From: a virus
Taxonomy: Duplodnaviria > Heunggongvirae > Uroviricota > Caudoviricetes
Length of the DNA stretch: 64,000 nt
Reading direction: 5' to 3' (one strand)
IMG/VR virus record: IMGVR_UViG_3300020048_006428
Coordinates: 32,001-96,000 of that record
The notes under the pieces are model-generated. The model had not been told where the DNA came from. It saw only the letters and a list, made by a program, of their open reading frames with translations, and did not search any database. This document shows positions 49,995 to 59,132 of this stretch, one piece after another (within the stretch, counting starts at the first letter, position 1; every line of letters starts with the position of its first letter). The position numbers and the translations under genes were made by a program.

Positions 49995-50337
49995 TTTATT
50001 TTATATTAGTTCTATTTTATTCATATATGTTGAAATCTTTCAAATTATAAATAGAAATACCATATATAAAAGATTTAGTGATATATCAAATATATCACTA
50101 AATCCTTTTTTGCTTATATCATTTTATATTTTAAAGTTATACTACTTTATATGGATTCCAATTGGTTTACTAACCAATAACTGGATTTATTTCGCAATTT
50201 TAATAGGTCTTGGTTTATTTAAATATCCAATCTTATTAACTAAGAATAATTTTTGTATAAATTTATATGATTTGATGAATACAATTATTAGTTGTGTTAT
50301 ATTGATTACTATCCTAGTAACTTTTCTGTTATTATAA
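49987..50337 (+). CDS. Small multi-pass membrane protein
   Basis: Three to four hydrophobic segments. Confidence 0.55.
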   Translation: MISLFYISSILFIYVEIFQIINRNTIYKRFSDISNISLNPFLLISFYILKLYYFIWIPIGLLTNNWIYFAILIGLGLFKYPILLTKNNFCINLYDLMNTIISCVILITILVTFLLL

Positions 50338-50812
50338 TAAATTCAAAATCCTTTCTTTGACAATAATCAATCATATATGTCCATTTAGCTAAGTTTTTAT
50401 TATACATTTTCAAAGCATATTCAAAATTCTTTAATTGTTTCGCAGTTGGTTTTGGATTTAATTTAGGTTCGACTGTTTCTGAATAAGGCTTTACTTCTGC
50501 TACTACTTTTGATACACTACCATCACTTCTTTTTAATTCATAATAAAAATCGGGATAATAAGTATGTGATGTAGTTTTATAGTCTTGTGTATCATTAGAC
50601 CATTCAGTTTTTTGATAAGGGATCTTAAGTCCTTCGCTCATATATGAAGATATTTTATCACTATGATCTAACCACAATAAAAATTTTTTTTCAAGTCCAC
50701 TTCTGTAGAAAATCCCACCTTGTGAATTTAATTTAATTACTTTATCTTTATTTACTGGTATATAAAGTCCTTGGTGGTATTTAGTTGGTTGTCTTGGTGC
50801 TGAATTTAACAT
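50309..50812 (-). CDS. Head completion nuclease, T4 gp4-like (TnsA-type)
   Basis: FYRSGLEKKF, SEGLKIPY, HTYYPDF, EVKP, NLAKW, FIIITE. Confidence 0.85.
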   Translation of the reverse strand: MLNSAPRQPTKYHQGLYIPVNKDKVIKLNSQGGIFYRSGLEKKFLLWLDHSDKISSYMSEGLKIPYQKTEWSNDTQDYKTTSHTYYPDFYYELKRSDGSVSKVVAEVKPYSETVEPKLNPKPTAKQLKNFEYALKMYNKNLAKWTYMIDYCQRKDFEFIIITEKLLG

Positions 50813-50816
50813 TATA

Positions 50817-50850
50817 ATTTCCTTTTTTAATATATATTAAAAAAGGAAAT
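50817..50850. promoter_or_regulatory. Perfect 34-bp palindrome: bidirectional late promoter
   Basis: ATTTCCTTTTTTAATATATATTAAAAAAGGAAAT between divergent gp4-like and gp2-like genes. Confidence 0.7.
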
Positions 50851-50855
50851 CTTTT

Positions 50856-51545
50856 ATGTCAGAATTATTAGAAAGAGTTAAATTAAATGCATTAGTATAT
50901 GGAAATGGTATAGCTGAAAATTTTAAAAATAATTCATTATATTTTTATAATAAATTTAGTCAATCAGATAAAGAAGTTACTTCTATTTCAGTAGGTCAAA
51001 TGAAATTAGGTGGTTTTTATCATCTACATTATTTAGATGATTCTAATTGGATGAAATATTCACCAATATTTACTGTTGATTTTAAAAAATTAGAAAATTT
51101 AATAATAATAATTGGTGTTAATTTAAATTTTATACCAATAGAACTAAGAGTTGCCATTTTTGATAAATTCATAAAAGAAGATGATTTTGAAAATGATAGA
51201 TTGTTAGCAGTTTCATTTGAAGGTGTATATAATGAATTATTGAAATATGGATTTGAATATTCAATTGTTGAATATAATGCTGCACAAATAAAACTAGTTC
51301 ATAAAATAAATATGGATAGTGTTCCGAGATTCATATATTCAGGTCATCCAAAAAATAAATATGATCCAAATAAATTATATGAAATTTGGACTGCTAAATT
51401 AGGTGGTAGATCCAAAAGAGATTCGGAAATGAATAAATTATTAATGGATGATTTCACAAAAGCATCTGATGAAATAAGTGAAAATTTCAAAATGCTTAAA
51501 AACCACATTCAAAGAGTTAAGAAAAGTATAGATAAATATGGATAG
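50856..51545 (+). CDS. DNA end protector protein, T4 gp2-like
   Basis: GGFYHLHY...SPIF...GVNLNFIPIELR; adjacent to the gp4-like gene. Confidence 0.6.
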   Translation: MSELLERVKLNALVYGNGIAENFKNNSLYFYNKFSQSDKEVTSISVGQMKLGGFYHLHYLDDSNWMKYSPIFTVDFKKLENLIIIIGVNLNFIPIELRVAIFDKFIKEDDFENDRLLAVSFEGVYNELLKYGFEYSIVEYNAAQIKLVHKINMDSVPRFIYSGHPKNKYDPNKLYEIWTAKLGGRSKRDSEMNKLLMDDFTKASDEISENFKMLKNHIQRVKKSIDKYG

Positions 51546-51587
51546 GATTATATTTTTTTAATATATAAATAAAAATTAAAAAAAAAT

Positions 51588-53300
51588 ATGTCTTCATATA
51601 ATCCATTAAATAATCAAGGTCAAAGTTCAGGTTATATATCATCCGCAATAGAAAATAAAGGTTTGTTCAATAGACTACTTAGAAGCCTAAGTAGTTTTGG
51701 TATGAAATATGATGATATGATAATGCGAAATACTGTTGGTGTTGGTGTTAATGAAGATCCTTATGCTCAGAAAAATTCAATGTATGATTTTTTCAGTCAA
51801 AGGGCAGTTGCATCTGTTTTAAATAAAAAATCAATACCTTACTTAGATAGATCATATCCAGATAAAAGAAGAATATTAAGAGAATATTCAATTAAAGATG
51901 AGTTGAGGGATTTTATTTCTTCAATTGCTGATGAATGTATTATATACAATGATGAAAAGGATTTTTGCTCACCTAAACCATTATCAAATGAATATGCACA
52001 AGATATAAAAGATAAATATCAAGAATATTTTGAAAAATTATATAATCGTTATGGATTTGGTGATAATATAACCGCTTGGAATATGATGAAAGATTTCTTA
52101 ATTGATGGTTATGTTGCAATAGAAATAGTTTGGGATGATAAAAAGAAAAATATAGTTTATTTTAATAGATTAAGACCAGAAACATTAGTTCCTGCTTATG
52201 AACCTGCTATTGGTAATTTATGGTTGCAATATCCAGAAGACCCACAATTAAGAAGAATTTTCTTAGATTCGCAAATTGTATTTGTATCATATTCAACACA
52301 AAATGATTATAGCGAAACATCATATCTTGAAGGTCTTATTAAGCCTTATAACCAATTAAAGATATTGGAACAAACAAGAATAATGTTTAATATTATTAAT
52401 GCAACTGTATATCAAAAATTTACAATTCCTATTAAAGGATTGCCAAGACAAAGGGCAGAAGAACAAATAGGTCAATTAATAGCCGATTATTCAGAAGAAA
52501 TTGAATGGGATGATACATTGGGAACTGTTACAGTAAATGGTAGAAAACACCTACCATATAATAAACAAGTTTGGTTTCCTGAAGGTGATGCTGGAACACC
52601 TGCAATGGAACTTGTTTCACCAGAAGGTCATAATCTAAATGAAAGTGATATGCTAACTTGGTTCTTTAATATACTTAAAAGGGCTACTAAAATACCTTTT
52701 CAAAGATTTGATAAAGAAAGTGGCGGTGGTAATATTGTTAGTGATGCTGCTGAAATGACAAGGGATGAGGTTCAATTTCATAATTTTATAAATAGAATAA
52801 GAGCAAATTATAAAGAATTGATTGTTAAGCCATTGAAATTGCAAATGTGTATGGAATTTCCTGAACTTAAAGATGATGAAATTTTCTTAAATCAAGTTGA
52901 TATTGTTTTTAATTCAAATCAAATATTTGAAGAATGGAAAAAATTAGCTAATTTGGAAAAAAGATCTACTATATTAAGTACTTTATTAGGTATTCAAACA
53001 GCAGATGGACAACCATACTTTCATATTGATTATCTTATTGATAAAATAATGAAATTAACCCCAGAAGAAATAGAAGAAAATAAAGCATATTGGATAAAAG
53101 CTGCACAAGGCGGTGGTGCTGCTGAAGGTGCGCAAGGTGGTGAAATGGGTGGTGAAATGGGTGCTCAAGGTCAAGGAGCACAAATGGGCGCACAAACCGG
53201 AATGGAAACTGGCGCACAAGGTGGCGCACAAGGTGGCGCACAGACAGGAACAGAAACCCCACCTGCTGATGAAGGTGGTGGATCAGAATTTGAATTTTGA
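51588..53300 (+). CDS. Portal protein, T4 gp20-like
   Basis: LREYS, IADECI, FLIDG, SYLEGLIKPYNQLKILE, LPRQRAEE, KIPFQRF, MTRDEVQF. Confidence 0.92.
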   Translation: MSSYNPLNNQGQSSGYISSAIENKGLFNRLLRSLSSFGMKYDDMIMRNTVGVGVNEDPYAQKNSMYDFFSQRAVASVLNKKSIPYLDRSYPDKRRILREYSIKDELRDFISSIADECIIYNDEKDFCSPKPLSNEYAQDIKDKYQEYFEKLYNRYGFGDNITAWNMMKDFLIDGYVAIEIVWDDKKKNIVYFNRLRPETLVPAYEPAIGNLWLQYPEDPQLRRIFLDSQIVFVSYSTQNDYSETSYLEGLIKPYNQLKILEQTRIMFNIINATVYQKFTIPIKGLPRQRAEEQIGQLIADYSEEIEWDDTLGTVTVNGRKHLPYNKQVWFPEGDAGTPAMELVSPEGHNLNESDMLTWFFNILKRATKIPFQRFDKESGGGNIVSDAAEMTRDEVQFHNFINRIRANYKELIVKPLKLQMCMEFPELKDDEIFLNQVDIVFNSNQIFEEWKKLANLEKRSTILSTLLGIQTADGQPYFHIDYLIDKIMKLTPEEIEENKAYWIKAAQGGGAAEGAQGGEMGGEMGAQGQGAQMGAQTGMETGAQGGAQGGAQTGTETPPADEGGGSEFEF

Positions 53301-53332
53301 TAAAATGGATCAAGCTAACTTGATCCATTTTT
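53301..53332. terminator. Bidirectional terminator
   Basis: TAAAATGGATCAAG-CTAA-CTTGATCCATTTTA. Confidence 0.75.
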
Positions 53333-53734
53333 ATTTTTCTTTTTTTCAATAATTTCTTTTGATTTAGATGGATTATCAACGCCAAATTTTTCAATCATAG
53401 TATTTTTAATCCTTTCTTTTATTAATTTATTTTGAATTGGATATTCAACACCATGATTTTCTAATAATGTTTTCTTTCTTTTCTTTTCTGAACACTTTCT
53501 ACAATAATATTCCCCCCAATTATTGTCATATTTAACATAGTTTTTAAATATTACTTCCTTTATAATACCACAACCATCACATTTACAATCTATTTTATAA
53601 TGACTACCAACTGATAATAGTTCAATTGGTATTATAATAGTTTCACCTATTATAACATCATCATAACCCAATTCTGTCCAGTATGAAAAATTAGATTCGT
53701 TTATTTTTATTATTATTTCTCTTGTTAATATCAT
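53315..53734 (-). CDS. Zn-ribbon/KYGV-repeat protein lacking the nuclease domain
   Basis: Aligns by eye with the N-terminus of ORF 47667; ends after two repeats. Confidence 0.65.
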   Translation of the reverse strand: MILTREIIIKINESNFSYWTELGYDDVIIGETIIIPIELLSVGSHYKIDCKCDGCGIIKEVIFKNYVKYDNNWGEYYCRKCSEKKRKKTLLENHGVEYPIQNKLIKERIKNTMIEKFGVDNPSKSKEIIEKKKNKNGSS

Positions 53735-53771
53735 AATTCTTTTCTTTTAAAAGTTATATGAAAATAATTAA

Positions 53772-55217
53772 TTAAACTTTTTCATATTTTATTTTTCCAC
53801 AATCCCATATTTTTGGAATTGTTAATGTTTTTTCGTTTTTCTTGAAATTTGATTTATGTATTCTTTTTCCATCTATTACATATTTATAATCTGGATTTGA
53901 TTCCTTAATCTTTATAAATCCTAACTTTTCATAAAGATTCCCATTTGACCAATCTCTGTCCGCATAACTTATTATTCTAACCACCTTATTGTTGTTTATA
54001 AAATATTTTAATAGTTTTGAAGCACCACCAACAACAGTATAGCCAATCTTATTACAAAATCTTGAAAGATTCCATTCATCATCACTCATTCTATTCCTAC
54101 CCTCAAGATGATCAAATATCATCATACTTACCAATTCATCATTCAAATATAAACCAATCTTTATATTTGAATTCACAAAACCTTGTATATGATTATTATT
54201 TAGAAAATTTCTAACAACATTTATATCTGAAATAAGTCTAATGTCACAATTTCTTGCATAAATACGATTGCTTAATTTTAAAATGTTTTTAATTTGACTT
54301 TTTATTATATCCGATTTATAATTCCAATCATCTTCCCATATATGAAAAATATGTATTCCTTTTTCATTGAAAAACTTAGTCTTAATTAAATGTGCATCCT
54401 TTTCTTTATATTTTTCTGAATGCCAATATATTCCATTAAATTCAAAGCCTAAATTCAATTCAGGTAAATATATATCTATTTCATACTTATTTCTATAAGA
54501 TTGCTTAATTTCACCATTATAAATAGATTTTATAAAATTAAATAACATAATTTCTTGACCTGATTGATGTCTGTCTACTGGATTGCAAATAGTGCATAAT
54601 ATTGTTTGGTATTTTATTCTTTTAGAATAATTTTCAATATTTATTTCAAAACTATGTTCTTTTCCTTGGTCACAACTAAATGAAGAATTCCCTTTTTCTA
54701 AATAATTTAGATAGTTTTTATTCTTAGCTATTTTGAAATATAATTTTCTAAAGTCTTCATTTTGTCTATTATTTTCAGTTTTCCAATTTGATAAGAATCT
54801 ATCCACTTTTTTCTTTTTTACATCATCGCATTTAGATATATTATCAACACCATACTTTTCTAAATTAGTATTTGTTCTCTTTTCCTTTATAGATTCCTTA
54901 TCTAACTTTGATAAGGAATCTTTTACTTTTATATTTATATCAATGGATTGTGATATAAATTCAACACCATACTTTTCCTTATTGGTCTTTTTAGTCTTTT
55001 CTTTTGTAGAATCTAATTGAAATACATTTTCAACACCATACTTTTCTAAATTATTCTTTTTTAACTTGCATTTTCTACATAAATAATCACCATTTGAATA
55101 TCCATATGATGTATATAATTTATACTTCATATTTTTTGGTGAATTACAAGAATCACATAACAAATCTATTTCTACATTAGACCATTTACTAAGGTTGGTT
55201 ATATCTGATATTATCAT
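53772..55217 (-). CDS. Hef-like putative homing endonuclease
   Basis: EIDIYLPELNLGFEFNGIYWHS, WEDDW, LSRFCN, ISYADR, IWDCG. Confidence 0.75.
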   Translation of the reverse strand: MIISDITNLSKWSNVEIDLLCDSCNSPKNMKYKLYTSYGYSNGDYLCRKCKLKKNNLEKYGVENVFQLDSTKEKTKKTNKEKYGVEFISQSIDINIKVKDSLSKLDKESIKEKRTNTNLEKYGVDNISKCDDVKKKKVDRFLSNWKTENNRQNEDFRKLYFKIAKNKNYLNYLEKGNSSFSCDQGKEHSFEINIENYSKRIKYQTILCTICNPVDRHQSGQEIMLFNFIKSIYNGEIKQSYRNKYEIDIYLPELNLGFEFNGIYWHSEKYKEKDAHLIKTKFFNEKGIHIFHIWEDDWNYKSDIIKSQIKNILKLSNRIYARNCDIRLISDINVVRNFLNNNHIQGFVNSNIKIGLYLNDELVSMMIFDHLEGRNRMSDDEWNLSRFCNKIGYTVVGGASKLLKYFINNNKVVRIISYADRDWSNGNLYEKLGFIKIKESNPDYKYVIDGKRIHKSNFKKNEKTLTIPKIWDCGKIKYEKV

Positions 55218-56773
55218 AGTATAATTTCATATAAATTTGAACCACAATCAAAAATTCTTAAATATCCAAGACTGTGCATTATTTCAATTTCAGTTTTATT
55301 TTTATCATATCCCATTTTAACTAAAATGTCTTTTCTATACTTCCATCTATTTTCTTTCAAACATGTGTTTTTATTAAACCAGTGGTAATTTGGTTTCTTT
55401 TTCTTTTCTATTAATTTAAATCCTGCTTTAATATAAGAGTCACCCCTATTGAAAGAACGATCGCAATAACTTATTATCCTTTCGGTGTTATAATTCTTTT
55501 TTAAATAACTTATTGTTTTTGATAAACCACCAATTATATTTAAATCCTTTTTACTACAAAATCTCAATAATTCATACTCATTTTCATTAATATTTTTATG
55601 TCCAAGATTTCTTCTTAAATTTCCAAATGTTGCCAATCCTATTAATTCATCATTATTAAATATACCCAATTTTATTTTGGATTGACACCAACCTTGTATA
55701 TGGTTTTCATCTAAAAACAATCTTGATGAAGAATTATCAATTGGTTTTATAATACACTTTCTACCATATACAACATTTTTATTTAAATTTAATTTATTTA
55801 TTAATCTGTGTTTAATTATATCTTGTTTATATTTCCAATCATCTTCCCATATATTTATAATATTTATTCCCAATTCATCAAAAAATGCTAATTTATCAAG
55901 ATGATAGTTTTTATCTTTATAAATTTCAGAATGCCAATATAACCCATTACATTCTATTCCAATATTAAGCTCTGGCAAATATATATCTATTTCATACTTT
56001 TTAAATTTCTTATGATTCGATATTATATCGCCATTATAGATTGATTTTACATAATCAAATACCTTTTTTTCAAAATTAGATGATCCGTTTATTGGATTGC
56101 ATTTGGTGCATATATCTATTTCAAATCTTTTTCTTTGACTGAATAATGTTGATTTTATAATGAAATCCTTATTACAAGTATCACAATATAATTCAAAGTT
56201 ACCATTTTCAATGTTAATAATATTAAATCCATTTGATTCTATATTATTGATAGTTTTTTTCCTATTTGTTTCTTTTCTACCAACTTTAGAATTTTCAACT
56301 ATTTTTTTAATAATATCAATGTTTTTTGAAACAATATCAACACCATATTTTTCTAAATTTGTTTCATTTCTTTTATTGTTTATCTCTTCTTTTCGTTCAT
56401 CAGAAAATTGACCCTTTGTTATATTTGCACGTTCAGTCATTTCTTTTCTTAGTTCAACATCATTGTTAGATTTAGTTAGTGCTTCAACTCTTTTAGCCTT
56501 TATTTCTACATTTTTATGTGTGTCTAATGCTGCACATTTTCTTGAACAGTATTTTCTATAACCCTTATAGAACTTAGTAAAATTAACCTTTTCTATTTTA
56601 CAATTTTCACATTTTGGTCTTTCTGTTAAACCATTTTGATAAAGATAAATTCTTTCAGATAAAGATATATTTTCTTCTGTTACTATATAATTTATAATAT
56701 CATAGTATTCTTTGTGGTTATTTTTCAACCACTTTTCACTTATTCCATTTGTTGTATTAAAATGTAAATCCAT
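55214..56773 (-). CDS. Hef-like putative homing endonuclease
   Basis: EIDIYLPELNIGIECNGLYWHS, WEDDW, ELLRFCS, ISYCDR, RIFDCG. Confidence 0.75.
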   Translation of the reverse strand: MDLHFNTTNGISEKWLKNNHKEYYDIINYIVTEENISLSERIYLYQNGLTERPKCENCKIEKVNFTKFYKGYRKYCSRKCAALDTHKNVEIKAKRVEALTKSNNDVELRKEMTERANITKGQFSDERKEEINNKRNETNLEKYGVDIVSKNIDIIKKIVENSKVGRKETNRKKTINNIESNGFNIINIENGNFELYCDTCNKDFIIKSTLFSQRKRFEIDICTKCNPINGSSNFEKKVFDYVKSIYNGDIISNHKKFKKYEIDIYLPELNIGIECNGLYWHSEIYKDKNYHLDKLAFFDELGINIINIWEDDWKYKQDIIKHRLINKLNLNKNVVYGRKCIIKPIDNSSSRLFLDENHIQGWCQSKIKLGIFNNDELIGLATFGNLRRNLGHKNINENEYELLRFCSKKDLNIIGGLSKTISYLKKNYNTERIISYCDRSFNRGDSYIKAGFKLIEKKKKPNYHWFNKNTCLKENRWKYRKDILVKMGYDKNKTEIEIMHSLGYLRIFDCGSNLYEIIL

Positions 56774-56883
56774 ATAATATATATTATTTTATTGGTCTTT
56801 TGTTGTCTTCTATAAAAAATCCGCCTGGAAAAAATTACAATTTGGACGCTCTATATATATCTTATAAAAATAAATTGTAATAA

Positions 56884-59040
56884 ATGAAACCAATCCTTAT
56901 TGTTGAAAACAATGCTAATCCTTTAAGGGAAAGTGTTATTGGTTCGGGTAGTAAAAAAGAATATTTATTAGGTGGTATATTTACCGAGTTTAACGTGAAA
57001 AATCGAAATGAACGTATCTACACAGCCGATAAATTCTTGCCTTGCTTACAAGAACTAAATGAACGTATTGTTAATATGGGTGTCGTGTATGGTGAGTTTG
57101 ATCACCCCGACGTCTTCGACACCTCGTTGTCAAGGGCATCACACATTATAACAAAAGCTTCTTTTGTTAAAGAATCAAATCGTGTTGATGGTCAGATTAA
57201 ATTATTAAATACTTATTGGGGTAAAGAAGCTAAATCATTGGTAGAAGATGGTTGTCCAGTTTTTGTATCTTCAAGAGCTGCTGGTGTAACTGAATCTGAT
57301 GGTACAGTAACATTGAAAAAACTATTCACATATGATATAGTTGCTGATCCTGGCTTTGCATCAGCTAAAATGAGTTCCATTAATGAATCTTTTGGATTCA
57401 CAAATAAAGCTAACTTTAGGATATACGAAATGTCCGACGAGTCAAAAATAAATAACCTTTTCGACATGAACAAAAATGACTATGTTACAAAACAGCAGTT
57501 GTCAGACTATTCTAAGTATTTAGTTACTGAAATAGCTTCTACTAAGAAAGTTGCAAACAATGCTATTAAGACCGGTAATCTTTCACCAAGAAAATTGGAT
57601 GAATTACTTGGTTACTATGAAGAATTAAATAAAACAAATACTCAAATGGTTAAATATTTGGATTATTTGGCTGAAAAAGTTCAAGTAGTAGTAAATGAAA
57701 ATAAATCATTGAAGAATACAACTAAGAAGTTGATTGATCACAATGATTATTTGGCTGAAAGTTTAGAAAAATCTATTAACTATACTGAATATTTAGCAGA
57801 AACAGTTGATAAGAACATTTCTTATTCAGAATACTTAGCAGAAACAGTTGATAAGAACATTTCTTATACTAAGTATATTGCTGAAAATGTTGATAAGAAC
57901 ATTTCTTATTCAGAATACTTAGCAGAAACAGTTGATAAGAATATTGCTTATTCAGAATACTTAGCAGAATCAGTTGATAAGAATATTGCTTATTCAGAAT
58001 ACTTAGCAGAAAGTCTTGATAAGAATATTGCTTATGCTGAATATATTGCTGAAAATCTTGATAAGAATATTGCTTATTCAGAATACTTAGCTGAAAATTT
58101 AGATGGTTCAATTGCTTATTCAGAATACTTAGCAGAAAACGTTGATGGTAACATTGCTTATTCAGAATATATTGCTGAAAATTTAGATGATAATATCGCT
58201 TATTCAGAATATATTGCAGAAAGTCTTGATAAAACAGTTTCTTATGCTGGTATGATTTCTGAAAAATTGAATGGTGGTAAATTAAATGAAAGTTTTGGAA
58301 AAAGCAAATTCCCAACATTAGAAAACGCTGGTTTTGAAATGGTTGAAGAAGAAGAAGAAGATAATCATTATGATGATGATATGAATTATGGTGATAATAA
58401 TATGCCACAATTGAATGCTCAAACAAGAAATCATGAATATACACAAGATGGTGAATTTGATGATGAATATTTTGATGAAGAAGAATGTGATACATGTGAT
58501 GATGAAGAAGAATTCGGTGGTGAATCTGATTCTGCATTATCTCAGCAAATAGACACATTAATTGAAGAAGCTAGAAAACGTAAGGTTTCTGAAACTAATG
58601 ATTTACACTTTTTAAAATTTTTGAATAAATCCCAAGTTAATAGTTTTTACGAATTAACAAATGAGGAACAAGAACAAGTTAAACTTCATATAAACGAAAG
58701 AAGCTATTTTACAAGTTCAGAAGTATTAACAATGATTCAAGAATCATTATCAACTAAAAATGAATCTTTGGAAGAAAGATTGATCAGATTGATGCCTGAT
58801 AACATTAAGCCAATCTGGTTACAAATGAATGAATCTTCTAAAAGATCTATCTTGTCACAAGCTAGACTTTACACAGACTTAACAACTGAAGCAAAAGTTG
58901 ATCATTTCTGGGCAACAAGAGAAATCAAAAAGAATCAATCAGTAACAAAAAAATTGATTACACACGAACCAATTATCCAAGAAGATAAAATATCAAATTC
59001 TGATATGCATGCTATCTTAGAAAGATTCAAAAGTATTTAA
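56884..59040 (+). CDS. Prohead protease (gp21-like) fused to scaffold-like region
   Basis: NRNERIY, GEFDHP, SHII, VSSRAAG, TYDIVADPGF; then coiled coil and 14-aa repeats. Confidence 0.9.
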   Translation: MKPILIVENNANPLRESVIGSGSKKEYLLGGIFTEFNVKNRNERIYTADKFLPCLQELNERIVNMGVVYGEFDHPDVFDTSLSRASHIITKASFVKESNRVDGQIKLLNTYWGKEAKSLVEDGCPVFVSSRAAGVTESDGTVTLKKLFTYDIVADPGFASAKMSSINESFGFTNKANFRIYEMSDESKINNLFDMNKNDYVTKQQLSDYSKYLVTEIASTKKVANNAIKTGNLSPRKLDELLGYYEELNKTNTQMVKYLDYLAEKVQVVVNENKSLKNTTKKLIDHNDYLAESLEKSINYTEYLAETVDKNISYSEYLAETVDKNISYTKYIAENVDKNISYSEYLAETVDKNIAYSEYLAESVDKNIAYSEYLAESLDKNIAYAEYIAENLDKNIAYSEYLAENLDGSIAYSEYLAENVDGNIAYSEYIAENLDDNIAYSEYIAESLDKTVSYAGMISEKLNGGKLNESFGKSKFPTLENAGFEMVEEEEEDNHYDDDMNYGDNNMPQLNAQTRNHEYTQDGEFDDEYFDEEECDTCDDEEEFGGESDSALSQQIDTLIEEARKRKVSETNDLHFLKFLNKSQVNSFYELTNEEQEQVKLHINERSYFTSSEVLTMIQESLSTKNESLEERLIRLMPDNIKPIWLQMNESSKRSILSQARLYTDLTTEAKVDHFWATREIKKNQSVTKKLITHEPIIQEDKISNSDMHAILERFKSI
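57742..58245 (+). repeat. 42-bp coding tandem repeat, 12 copies (AYSEYLAExxDKNI)
   Basis: Repeated TATTCAGAATACTTAGCAGAA...GATAAGAA. Confidence 0.9.
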
Positions 59041-59132
59041 TCTATAAAAAATCCACCCTTTAAAAAATTGATATTTAGGTGGTCAATATATACAGTATAG
59101 ATTAAACAAACAAAAAAAAATTATTTAAAATT

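Noticed and set aside
57742-58245. CRISPR array
   Set aside because: In-frame 42-bp coding repeats without unique spacers; the same applies to 25861-26095 and 39830-40098.
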